A stretch of 50,242 nt of DNA. Source: Chloroflexota bacterium. Lineage in GTDB: Bacteria; Chloroflexota; Anaerolineae; Anaerolineales; UBA11579. Each line of letters begins with the position of its first letter. Positions within the stretch are counted from its first letter, which is position 1. Both the position numbers and the translations under genes were made by a program. The notes below the pieces were generated by a model. That model was not told the DNA's origin, did no database searches, and worked only from the letters and a program-made list of their open reading frames with translations. Positions 33,610 to 42,057 of this stretch are shown here, piece after piece. Where the stretch lies: the NCBI GenBank assembly GCA_039714215.1, contig JBDLJU010000002.1, positions 1 through 50,242 of the forward strand. Reading direction: 5' to 3'.

Positions 33610-34575
33610 TTATAGTTTTCGGTTTTTATAAAATTCATTCAGCAAACCTCGCACGGAGTGCAGCGTGATGCCGGTTGAGATCATCACTGCCCCGATAATC
33701 GCCAGCATTACGCTGATCATTGCCGTACCAACCGCGATCTGGGTTGTCCTGCGGAAAATTTCCACCACCCGCAGGCCAGCAAAAAAGCCACCACCGAGCA
33801 GTAAGGCTCCTGGCATCCCAAAGAACAGCAGCGGACGATATTGTCCCACCAGCTGTATGATCCCGGCAAGCACATTCATGCCCTGCCGCCACACCGAGCG
33901 TTTCGGTTTGTCCAGGTATTGGATCGTTACCGGTACTTCTTTTACCCGTAAATCTAATTCCTTGGCAATAAACTGCATTTCCGATTCGACCGAAAATCCT
34001 TTTGAGCTAAAGGCGAATTCTTTCAGTGCTTTCTCAGAAAAAGCACGGTAGCCATTCTGGGAATCCGAAGATTGCGTGCCTGAAAATGATTTCGTGAATA
34101 AATTAAAAAACCAATGCCCAATGACCCGATGCTTCGGCACTTCTGATTTTTCGTCGAGGTAGCGGGAGCCAATCACAAGATCAGCACTGCCGTCGAGAAT
34201 TGGTCCAACAATCTCGGGGAGATCATCTACCTGATGCTGTCCATCCGCATCGAGCATCACGACTGCTTCAGGTGAAAACTTTTGCGCTTCCTGGAAGCCG
34301 CGGTTGAGGGCAACACCTTTTCCCTGGTTCCCCTGATTTCTGACCACCAGCGCTCCGGCTGTGCGAGCTATCTCACCAGTATTGTCCGTTGAGCCATCAT
34401 CAACAACGATGATGTTTGAGACGTATTTTTCCAAACCCAGAATTACGCTCCCTATAAATCGAGCTTCATTGTATGCAGGGATAACGACCACGATATTTTT
34501 TCCGAGCAGCAGCTCATATCGTTTCATTTCTTCGGGATCTAAAACAAATACTGATGAATCTGGTACTGCAGCCAT
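33610..34575 (-). CDS. GT2 polyprenyl-phosphate glycosyltransferase (GtrB/DPM1/ArnC-like) with two C-terminal TM helices
   Basis: 321 aa. VVVIPAYNE, VDDGSTDNT, LDADGQH. C-terminal TM pair LLFFGMPGALLLGGGFFAGL and AMISVMLAIIGAVMISTGI. AGAGG lies 5 nt upstream of the ATG. Confidence 0.8.
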   Translation of the reverse strand: MAAVPDSSVFVLDPEEMKRYELLLGKNIVVVIPAYNEARFIGSVILGLEKYVSNIIVVDDGSTDNTGEIARTAGALVVRNQGNQGKGVALNRGFQEAQKFSPEAVVMLDADGQHQVDDLPEIVGPILDGSADLVIGSRYLDEKSEVPKHRVIGHWFFNLFTKSFSGTQSSDSQNGYRAFSEKALKEFAFSSKGFSVESEMQFIAKELDLRVKEVPVTIQYLDKPKRSVWRQGMNVLAGIIQLVGQYRPLLFFGMPGALLLGGGFFAGLRVVEIFRRTTQIAVGTAMISVMLAIIGAVMISTGITLHSVRGLLNEFYKNRKL

Positions 34576-34741
34576 AACTACCTCTTTCTTTACTACGCCT
34601 CAATTTTATTATACCTGCCGCAATCAGCCATCTGCTTTCAATTTCGTGATGGTTATTACACAAAACTGTCATGGTCGGGGGAAATATCCGCCAAATGCTG
34701 ACAATTTTCCGGTTAAGAGATAGAATAACCAGCTTCACCCA

Positions 34742-34770
34742 TTGCCCCATTCCCTATGTTTGCTTATAAT
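34742..34770 (+). promoter_or_regulatory. candidate sigma-70-type promoter for alaS
   Basis: TTGCCC (34742-34747), a 17-nt spacer, then TATAAT (34765-34770). The pattern ends 71 nt upstream of the alaS ATG. Pattern match only. Confidence 0.35.
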
Positions 34771-34840
34771 TGATAGGTCAGGTATGATCTATGATCAATG
34801 CCTGTCAGCAGACAATATATTAACGAAGGATACTTTTCTT

Positions 34841-37573
34841 ATGCCCCAATCACCAAGCGGAAACGAGATTCGAAAACAATTTATTGATTTTTTTGAAGAG
34901 AAGCATGCGCATACCTTTGTGCAGTCTTCTTCTCTGGTACCCGGAAATGACGCCACCCTGCTGTTCACCAATTCTGGAATGGTGCAGTTCAAGGATGTTT
35001 TCCTCGGAACCGATAAACGCGATTATCTGCGCGCAGTCAACTCCCAGAAGTGCATGCGCGTTGCTGGAAAGCACAACGACCTGGAAGATGTTGGATTCGA
35101 TGACACCCACCACACCTTTTTTGAGATGCTGGGCAACTGGTCATTCGGCGACTACTACAAAAAAGAAGCAATTGAATGGGCCTGGGAACTGCTTACCGAG
35201 GTATGGGGGCTGAACAAAGACGATTTATACGTCACGGTATTCAAAGATGAAAAAGGCGAAATCCCCACCGATGACGAAGCCCTCGAGCATTGGAAAAATC
35301 AACCCGGTCTCTCCCAAGACCACATCCTCTATTATGGACGCAAGGACAATTTCTGGGAGATGGCAGCCACCGGACCGTGTGGGCCAAACTCAGAGATCCA
35401 CATTGACCGCGGACCCAAGTACGGCGAATTGACCTACCTTGAAAATGGTCAGCCCGACCTGGACGGACCACGCTTCCTCGAGCTGTGGAACCTGGTATTC
35501 ATGCAGTACAACCGCATTGATGAAAGCACCCTCGATCCCCTGCCTGCCACCCACGTAGATACCGGGTTGGGCTTTGAACGGATCGTTTCTGTACTTCAGG
35601 ATCAATCCTCCAACTACCGCACAGACCTGTTCTGGCCGGTAATCGAAAAAATCCAAGAGCTTGCCGGTCACAGCGATAAGCAGCGTGACAAGCAGTTCAC
35701 CCCTTACCGGGTAATCGCCGATCACGTCCGCGCCGCCACCTTTTTGATCGCCGATGGCGTCATCCCTGGCAATATGGGACGCAACTACATCACCCGCATG
35801 GTGGTGCGCCGGGCAGCGCGCTTCGCCAGCAAGCTCGGGCTTCATGATCCTTTCCTTGCTGAGGTTGCCAAAATCGTGATCAAGAACTATGGAGATGCCT
35901 TCCCTGAGCTGGCCAAAAATAAAACCATCATCCTCGACAGCCTCACCAGAGAAGAAAAACAATTTAAGCAAACCGTCGATCGCGGCGTCGCCCAGCTCGA
36001 AAATTTGATTGCCGAATCCAAAAAGAACAAAGAAACCGTGCTTGACGGTGAGAAATCCTTCCGCTTGTATGATACCCACGGACTGCCCCTGGAAATCACC
36101 CGCGACATTGTCCAGGAAGTCGGGCTCAGCGTGGATGAAGCGGGATTCAAAGCCGCCATGGAAGCCCACCGGATTGCATCAGGCGGCGGCAGCGCCATGG
36201 GCGCCCTCGGCGGTGAGGATGCAGAGGCATTTCAGAAAATATTCACTGCCCTGCAGGCAGAAAACAAACTCAAAGCTAAAGGGGTCAGCTATGACCCGTA
36301 CGATTCCCTGGAGACCAGTGGTGAAGTCCTCGCCCTCGTGCAGGACGGCAGCGTGGTGAAATCTGCCAAAAAAGGCGAACAGTTAGAAATCATTCTCCCC
36401 GCCACAAGTTTTTATGTCGCTGCAGGCGGCCAGGTGGCAGACACCGGAACAATTTCCGCGGAAGATGGCAGCTGGACATTCGAAGTCAGCGACATCCGCC
36501 AGCCAGCCGCGGGGATCATTGCCCATCGCGGCAAGGTGACGACCGGTACGCTCAAAGTCGGAAATCAGGTTCAGGCCCAGGTAGACCAGCAGCGCAGACA
36601 GGATATTATCCGCAATCACACCGCCACCCACCTGCTGCACGCTGAACTGCACCGTGTGCTCGGCGACCATGCCAGGCAGGCCGGTTCGCTGGTTGCCCCC
36701 GACCGTTTGCGCTTCGACTTCCAGCATCCGGAAGCAGTCACCCCAACTGAGTTGGTGGAGATCGAAGCCGGAGTAAACAAGCGTATTTTGGAGAACCATG
36801 AATTAAAAATTGAAAAGAAAACTCTCGATGAAGCCAAATCCGAAGGCGCAACTGCACTTTTTGGTGAAAAATACGGCGAGATCGTCCGCACCATTCAGAT
36901 TGGCGGAGAAAAGCCTTTCTCCTATGAACTCTGCGGCGGCACCCATGTGACTTCCACCGGAGAGATCGGCACCTTCCTGATCATCAGCGAAGGCAGCGTG
37001 GCATCCGGCATCCGGCGTATCGAGGCGATCACCGGGCGGGAAGCCTACCAACGCATTCAAAAACGGAACGCAGACATTGCCAGGCTCGCCGTCCTGCTGA
37101 AAACCACCCCAGACCAGGTCCTGGAGAAAACCAAAACCCTTTCTAAAGAGCTGATCGAGGCGCAAAAAGCGATTTCCGGATTAAAACACAGCCAGGCTGC
37201 CGGTTCCTTCAGCCAGCAGATCGAGAATGCCCCAGAGATCAACGGCGTGCGCGTGCTCGCCAGCATCCTCCCAGAAGCAGACCGGGATACGCTCCGTGAG
37301 CTGGCCGACCGCTTCCGCCAGAAGTACCCCACCGGTGTGACCGTACTCGCCAGTGTGATCGACGATAAACCAGCAATCATCGCGGCAGTCACCGACGACC
37401 TTGTCAAACAAGGCTGGCATGCCGGCGAGCTGGTCAAGGTAGTTTCCGAACCGGTCGGCGGCAGCGGTGGCGGACGCCCCAATCTGGCACAGGCTGGCGG
37501 CAAAGATGCCTCCAAGTTAGAGAGCGCCATCGCTTTGGTGGCTGACTGGGTCACCGAAAAAACTCAGGGATAA
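34841..37573 (+). CDS. alaS: alanine--tRNA ligase
   Basis: Track ORF trimmed to the ATG at 34841 (MPQSPSGNEIRKQFIDFFEEKHAH). FTNSGMVQFKDVFLG, FFEMLGNWSFGDYYK, HTATHLLH editing motif, and C-terminal GGGRPNLAQAGG. Confidence 0.95.
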   Translation: MPQSPSGNEIRKQFIDFFEEKHAHTFVQSSSLVPGNDATLLFTNSGMVQFKDVFLGTDKRDYLRAVNSQKCMRVAGKHNDLEDVGFDDTHHTFFEMLGNWSFGDYYKKEAIEWAWELLTEVWGLNKDDLYVTVFKDEKGEIPTDDEALEHWKNQPGLSQDHILYYGRKDNFWEMAATGPCGPNSEIHIDRGPKYGELTYLENGQPDLDGPRFLELWNLVFMQYNRIDESTLDPLPATHVDTGLGFERIVSVLQDQSSNYRTDLFWPVIEKIQELAGHSDKQRDKQFTPYRVIADHVRAATFLIADGVIPGNMGRNYITRMVVRRAARFASKLGLHDPFLAEVAKIVIKNYGDAFPELAKNKTIILDSLTREEKQFKQTVDRGVAQLENLIAESKKNKETVLDGEKSFRLYDTHGLPLEITRDIVQEVGLSVDEAGFKAAMEAHRIASGGGSAMGALGGEDAEAFQKIFTALQAENKLKAKGVSYDPYDSLETSGEVLALVQDGSVVKSAKKGEQLEIILPATSFYVAAGGQVADTGTISAEDGSWTFEVSDIRQPAAGIIAHRGKVTTGTLKVGNQVQAQVDQQRRQDIIRNHTATHLLHAELHRVLGDHARQAGSLVAPDRLRFDFQHPEAVTPTELVEIEAGVNKRILENHELKIEKKTLDEAKSEGATALFGEKYGEIVRTIQIGGEKPFSYELCGGTHVTSTGEIGTFLIISEGSVASGIRRIEAITGREAYQRIQKRNADIARLAVLLKTTPDQVLEKTKTLSKELIEAQKAISGLKHSQAAGSFSQQIENAPEINGVRVLASILPEADRDTLRELADRFRQKYPTGVTVLASVIDDKPAIIAAVTDDLVKQGWHAGELVKVVSEPVGGSGGGRPNLAQAGGKDASKLESAIALVADWVTEKTQG

Positions 37574-37598
37574 ACCAACCCTGTTTTAATAAACTTAT

Positions 37599-39119
37599 AT
37601 GAAAACTCAGATCCTTCACCTCGAGGTTTACGACGACCGCCATTCCATTTCCGATAAATTGGATTGGGGTCGCGCTGACCGTGCCATTCTGATTTGGCCG
37701 CTGCGGGGGCAGCCGCTCTCAAATAAGTTGGATCTGAATTTAATCCAGCGGCGCTGCCAGACTGCCGGGATGAAGCTTGCCCTGGTCTGCCGCGATCCCT
37801 CTATCAAAGAATATGCCCTCGGCTTAGATATTCCCGTATTTCGATCGCTGCGAAAAGCCCAACAGGTCGCCTGGGAATACTCCCTGCCCCCAGAAGATGC
37901 ACTTGCAGACTACCAGCCGGAGCGCAAGCTCACCCGTCAGGAGTTGAAGCAGCAGATCACCCCAACCCAAGAAACCAACTGGATGGAACTACCCCAGGCG
38001 CGCATCTCCGCGGTGGTGATCAGCCTGCTTGCCCTGCTCACCATGGTGATCTTCCTCGTGCCAAGCGCACAGATCACCTACCTGCCCAAGTTGGAAACTC
38101 AATCACTGCAGCTCGAGATCCTCGCTGACCCAAAGATCAGTGCGTTTAACCTTTCAGGCACCCTTCCGGTAGAAAATGTGACTGTCAGCGTTGAAGGACG
38201 ATCGGAGCTTGATGTCAGCGGTGAGTTGGGAATTCCTTTCCAATCCGCCAGCGGCTTAATCGAATTCACCAACATCACCAATCGAGCGCTGACCATTCCC
38301 ACCGGCACGGAGATCCGCACCACAGACCCGGCCTCCACGATCCGCTTCATTACCTCAACAGCAGCCAGCCTGCCAGGTGAGGTTGGCGCAGCAGTCAGTG
38401 TGCCGATTGAGGCGGTCAACCCCGGCTCAAACAGCAACCTGCCTGAGAATACGTTAGTAGTTGTCGATGGCGAGCTTTCCCTCAGCCTGACTGCGGTCAA
38501 CCCGCAGCCGACCAGCGGAGGTACCGAGCAGCTCAGCGCCGCACCGACCCTCGAAGATTACGACCTGCTGCACGACCAGCTGATCACCTCGCTGCAGGAG
38601 AATGCCCTCGCGGAACTAGAAACCACCAACGCAGCGCTGGATATTATCCTCTTCAACCAGCCCGCCCATATTACGATCAGCGAGGAAACCTATTTGCCCG
38701 AACAGCCTCAGCCGACCGATTCGCTCTCGCTGCTGCTGCGGGTCGATTTTGATGTGTACGTCATCCGCTGGGAAACCTTTCAGGCAATGGGAAACGCGAT
38801 CCTCGATGCAACCCTCGCCGAGGAATTCACCAGCCAGCCTGATACCTTCTCAATGTCACAAGTTTCAGACCCAATCCTTGGCGCTGACGATACCTCAACC
38901 TGGGAAGTGATTATCTTTCGGCAGGTGTTTGCTTCGCGGGACCTCCCCGAAGCGCTGAAAATGATCACCGGTAAATCTACAGACCAAGCCAGCCTAATCC
39001 TGACCGACGAGCTTGACCTCGCTGCTGATCCAGATATCATCATCTCTCCTTCATGGTGGCCGTGGCTGCCGCTGCTGGGTACCCGGATCACTCTGAATGA
39101 TATTTGGGTATCCCCATAA
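37599..39119 (+). CDS. single-pass membrane protein of unknown function (cytoplasmic N-domain, ~350-aa extracytoplasmic region)
   Basis: 506 aa with a TM helix at ISAVVISLLALLTMVIFLV. A weak, unverified resemblance of the ...PTSGGTEQLSAAPTLEDYDLL... segment to baseplate J/gp47-like proteins. Its stop overlaps the ruvX start (TAATG at 39117-39121). Confidence 0.6.
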   Translation: MKTQILHLEVYDDRHSISDKLDWGRADRAILIWPLRGQPLSNKLDLNLIQRRCQTAGMKLALVCRDPSIKEYALGLDIPVFRSLRKAQQVAWEYSLPPEDALADYQPERKLTRQELKQQITPTQETNWMELPQARISAVVISLLALLTMVIFLVPSAQITYLPKLETQSLQLEILADPKISAFNLSGTLPVENVTVSVEGRSELDVSGELGIPFQSASGLIEFTNITNRALTIPTGTEIRTTDPASTIRFITSTAASLPGEVGAAVSVPIEAVNPGSNSNLPENTLVVVDGELSLSLTAVNPQPTSGGTEQLSAAPTLEDYDLLHDQLITSLQENALAELETTNAALDIILFNQPAHITISEETYLPEQPQPTDSLSLLLRVDFDVYVIRWETFQAMGNAILDATLAEEFTSQPDTFSMSQVSDPILGADDTSTWEVIIFRQVFASRDLPEALKMITGKSTDQASLILTDELDLAADPDIIISPSWWPWLPLLGTRITLNDIWVSP

Positions 39120-39538
39120 TGCGGATTCTGTGTATCGACCCCGGAGACCGGCGCATCGGTTTGGCAATTAGCGACCCGACCAATACCCTCGCCCGTCCTT
39201 ATAAGGTCATTCGCCACGTCAACCGGCAGGCGGATGCTGCCGCCTTGGTAAAAGCTGCTGACGAGGAACAGGTTGAACTGATCGTGGTGGGCCAGGCTAC
39301 TGATTTTGATGGCAGACCAAACCTCTCTGGACGCAAGTCTCGCCGCCTGGCGGGGGCAATCCGAACGATGACTGAAATCCCGGTCATCTTGTGGGATGAA
39401 AGCTACTCTACTCGCGATGCCCAGCGCAATCAGAAGGAATTAGGTTCAAAAAAAGCAACCCTTACCCGTCATATGGATGACCGCGCCGCAGCGATCATTT
39501 TACAGTCCTACCTCGACGCCCAGGCAGACAATAAATGA
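39119..39538 (+). CDS. ruvX: YqgF/RuvX family nuclease (pre-16S rRNA nuclease / putative Holliday junction resolvase)
   Basis: MRILCIDPGDRRIGLAISD... and LWDESYST. ATG at 39119. Confidence 0.85.
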   Translation: MRILCIDPGDRRIGLAISDPTNTLARPYKVIRHVNRQADAAALVKAADEEQVELIVVGQATDFDGRPNLSGRKSRRLAGAIRTMTEIPVILWDESYSTRDAQRNQKELGSKKATLTRHMDDRAAAIILQSYLDAQADNK

Positions 39539-40677
39539 ACCGCTCGCGTTCCTCCTGTGCTAGATTTTTTGTGCTGATCGTTATCGGGCTGGCGATCCTC
39601 GCAGTTGGTTTGGTGTTCAATGTCATCTCCGCGATCCCAACCAAAGCCGAAAATCTTTTTGGCCCCGCCACAAGCCGCCTCTCTACCAGTCAGCACTACC
39701 TGCTCAGCTACAAGCTGGTCAACAGCCAGGACTTGCTGCTCACCCCCGTCGACCCGACCGGCGCAGAGGTGCCGTTCACCATCACTCCCGATGAGCCCAT
39801 TAACTCGATCCTGCTGCGCCTGCAAAGCCACGGGCTGATCCCTGACAGCGAAGCCGCCCGCAATTACCTGGTCTATACAGGCCTGGACACACGCATTCAA
39901 ACTGGAGAATTCACTCTCAGCCCGGCAGCCGCCCCTATCGAAGTGATCACCGCCCTGCTCGATACCACCCCAGGAGACGCAACCCTGGTGATCCTGCCTG
40001 GGTGGCGGCTCGAAGAAATCGCGGAGAGCCTGCCGACCACCGGGCTGGAGATCTCAGCGCAGGAATTTATCCAGGCAGCCAACGGGAGAGGATATCACTT
40101 CTCATTTATCGGGGAGGTCCCCACCGGCGCCAAGCTGGAAGGCTTCTTTCCACCCGGCAGCTATCAGCTCGAACGGGGGTTGAGCGCCGAACAGGTAATC
40201 TCCTACCTGTTGGACCAATTTGACCAGCTGCTGCCCAATGAAATCGAAGAGGGCATCCAGCAGCAAGGTTTAACCGTGTACCAAGCAGTCGTTTTGGCTT
40301 CAATCATTGAACGCGAAGCCGTGCTCGAGGAAGAAATGCCGATCATCGCCTCCGTGTTCTACAACCGGCTTGCCATTGGGATGAAACTCGAGACCGACCC
40401 CACTGTGCAGTATGCCCTGGGTTACAACACCAGCCAGGCGACCTGGTGGACCAATCCGCTGAGCTACACCGACCTGACCTTCGATGGCCCGCATAATACC
40501 TATCTCTACAACGGTCTGCCGCCGACCCCAATCGCCAATCCCAGCCTGACCGCTTTGCAGGCGGTCGCCTACCCCGCCCAGACGCCCTATTATTATTTCC
40601 GAGCCGCCTGTGATGGTTCCGGACGGCATCAGTTTTCGCAATCATTTGAAGAGCATCTTGGTAACGCCTGCCAATAA
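39535..40677 (+). CDS. mltG: endolytic murein transglycosylase MltG (YceG-like)
   Basis: 380 aa with an N-terminal TM helix. ASIIEREA and NTYLYNGLPPTPIANPS. ATGA overlap with ruvX. Confidence 0.9.
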   Translation: MNRSRSSCARFFVLIVIGLAILAVGLVFNVISAIPTKAENLFGPATSRLSTSQHYLLSYKLVNSQDLLLTPVDPTGAEVPFTITPDEPINSILLRLQSHGLIPDSEAARNYLVYTGLDTRIQTGEFTLSPAAAPIEVITALLDTTPGDATLVILPGWRLEEIAESLPTTGLEISAQEFIQAANGRGYHFSFIGEVPTGAKLEGFFPPGSYQLERGLSAEQVISYLLDQFDQLLPNEIEEGIQQQGLTVYQAVVLASIIEREAVLEEEMPIIASVFYNRLAIGMKLETDPTVQYALGYNTSQATWWTNPLSYTDLTFDGPHNTYLYNGLPPTPIANPSLTALQAVAYPAQTPYYYFRAACDGSGRHQFSQSFEEHLGNACQ

Positions 40678-40724
40678 GTAACATCATCCCCGGTCAAAAC
40701 ATCTAAACAGCAACGGATCAACTT

Positions 40725-41552
40725 ATGACGATATCAAACCAATACCCTAACCTGCAAATTGTCCCCCTGGATAAAGTCCACCTGCATGAGAACCATGACC
40801 CGCAGCGTACTGCCCCACTGATTGAGCGCTTGACATCAGAAGGCATTTTGCTCAATCCCCCAATCATTTCCTATTTCCAAAATGGGGACGAAGAGTACAT
40901 GGTACTCGACGGCGCTAACCGGGTGACCTCCTTCCGGGAGATGGGCATTCCCCACATCTTGGCCCAAATTGTCGAACCAGATTCACCCTCCCTGCGGCTG
41001 CAAACCTGGAACCATGTCATCTGGGGAATCGAGCAGGAAAAATTCCTGGAGTTGGTTGCCGAGATTGATGGGATCGAGGCCCGACCGTACTCCGGCGAAC
41101 TGTTGAATTTCACTGAAAATACGCTGGCGCTGATGCAGATGCCCAACCTGGGCTTGTTCAAATTGGTGGTCAGCGATGCTGCAGAGCGGATCGCGATGCT
41201 CAACCAGATCGTGGACGCCTACAAGTCAGTCGCCCGCTACGACCGCACCCACATCGAAGAAATCCGCAAGATCATCAACCTGTATTCCGACCTGGCCGCT
41301 CTGGTGGTTTACCCCAATTTCACCATCGAAGAAATCCTCGAGACCTGCCGGCTCAACAACCTGCTCCCAGCCGGGGTGACCCGCTTCCTGGTCTCTCCAC
41401 GTGCGCTGCGGATCAAATATCCGCTCGAGCGGTTGACCAGCAAGCAATCCCTGGAAGAAAAAAACCAGGACCTGCAGGCTTTCATCCAGCAGAGGTTGGA
41501 AATCAAAGGGGTGCGGATTTACACCGAAACCACCGCGATCTACGATGAGTAA
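40725..41552 (+). CDS. ParB/Srx-fold protein, possibly SbnI/SerK-like (free serine kinase family)
   Basis: 275 aa. LQIVPLDKVHLHENHDP, ILLNPPII, and YMVLDGANRVTS (a DGxxR-type ParB/Srx motif). The C-terminal LPAGVTRFLVSPRALRI and VRIYTETTAIYDE resemble SbnI as I recall it. Not verified. Confidence 0.5.
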   Translation: MTISNQYPNLQIVPLDKVHLHENHDPQRTAPLIERLTSEGILLNPPIISYFQNGDEEYMVLDGANRVTSFREMGIPHILAQIVEPDSPSLRLQTWNHVIWGIEQEKFLELVAEIDGIEARPYSGELLNFTENTLALMQMPNLGLFKLVVSDAAERIAMLNQIVDAYKSVARYDRTHIEEIRKIINLYSDLAALVVYPNFTIEEILETCRLNNLLPAGVTRFLVSPRALRIKYPLERLTSKQSLEEKNQDLQAFIQQRLEIKGVRIYTETTAIYDE

Positions 41553-41637
41553 CCTCAAAAATTATCCGGCGAGTTCGTTAAATATCTAAGGTGGTGTATA
41601 ATTACTCGCTTGCTGTTCCGCGGCGAAAATAAACCCT

Positions 41638-42036
41638 ATGGATATATTTTTTAACGACCCAAATGATGTCCCCCTCCCCCCAGATCAGATCGAGGTCAGG
41701 GAGCTTACCGGCACACCCAATCAAGAAGGAAATCGTGTGCTGGTCAATTTTGAGATCACCCCGTTCCAGGACCGCCCGAACATTGAAGTTGCCCTGCTCA
41801 ACGAAGCCGGCAAGCAAGCTGCCGCCTTCAGCGTCGTTGAGGCGATTGAAAACAAGATGGACTTCACCCTGCATCTCAGGGATGCTGAGACCAAGGGAAA
41901 ATACACACTTCTTATTGAAGTAATCTACACCGACCTATCTACTCTCGATGAAGCAGAGGGTCCACCAATCCAAGAAACGATTGCCAACACCAAGCGCGTG
42001 GTCGCCAGCGCTAAGTCTACCTTCGAGATCAAATAA
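41638..42036 (+). CDS. hypothetical protein (132 aa, probably beta-rich, cytoplasmic)
   Basis: Clean ORF 21 nt upstream of the ABC exporter pair. No motif recognised. Confidence 0.55.
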   Translation: MDIFFNDPNDVPLPPDQIEVRELTGTPNQEGNRVLVNFEITPFQDRPNIEVALLNEAGKQAAAFSVVEAIENKMDFTLHLRDAETKGKYTLLIEVIYTDLSTLDEAEGPPIQETIANTKRVVASAKSTFEIK

Positions 42037-42057
42037 CTGCTCAAAAATTAATAGTCG

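Noticed and set aside
23590-34575. Treating the AT-rich island as a defined mobile element (genomic island with att sites).
   Set aside because: I found no integrase, transposase, tRNA target or flanking direct repeats. Only the compositional shift supports horizontal origin, so it is reported as a finding rather than annotated as a mobile element.
34576-34840. Possible T-box or other riboswitch leader upstream of alaS.
   Set aside because: I found no T-box consensus (AAUUAGGGUGGUACCGCG-like) and no terminator/antiterminator pair. Only a promoter-like TTGCCC-17-TATAAT was seen.
34742-34840. N-terminal extension of AlaS from the track start at 34742.
   Set aside because: The extra 33 codons (MPHSLCLLIIDRSG...) are not AlaS-like and contain the promoter-like TATAAT. 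The ATG at 34841 gives the canonical AlaS N-terminus.
35390-36169. Long antisense ORFs inside well-supported genes: 35390..36169 in alaS, 46156..46788 in the TolB-like gene, 19042..19692 in apgM, 17768..18283 in the ABC ATPase, 9371..10042 in GH25, 5209..5724 in folC, and 42640..43146 in the ABC exporter.
   Set aside because: They lie opposite genes with unmistakable conserved motifs. Their composition is Arg/Gly/Pro-rich and low in complexity, as expected of shadow frames in G+C-rich DNA. None shows a recognisable motif or SD sequence.
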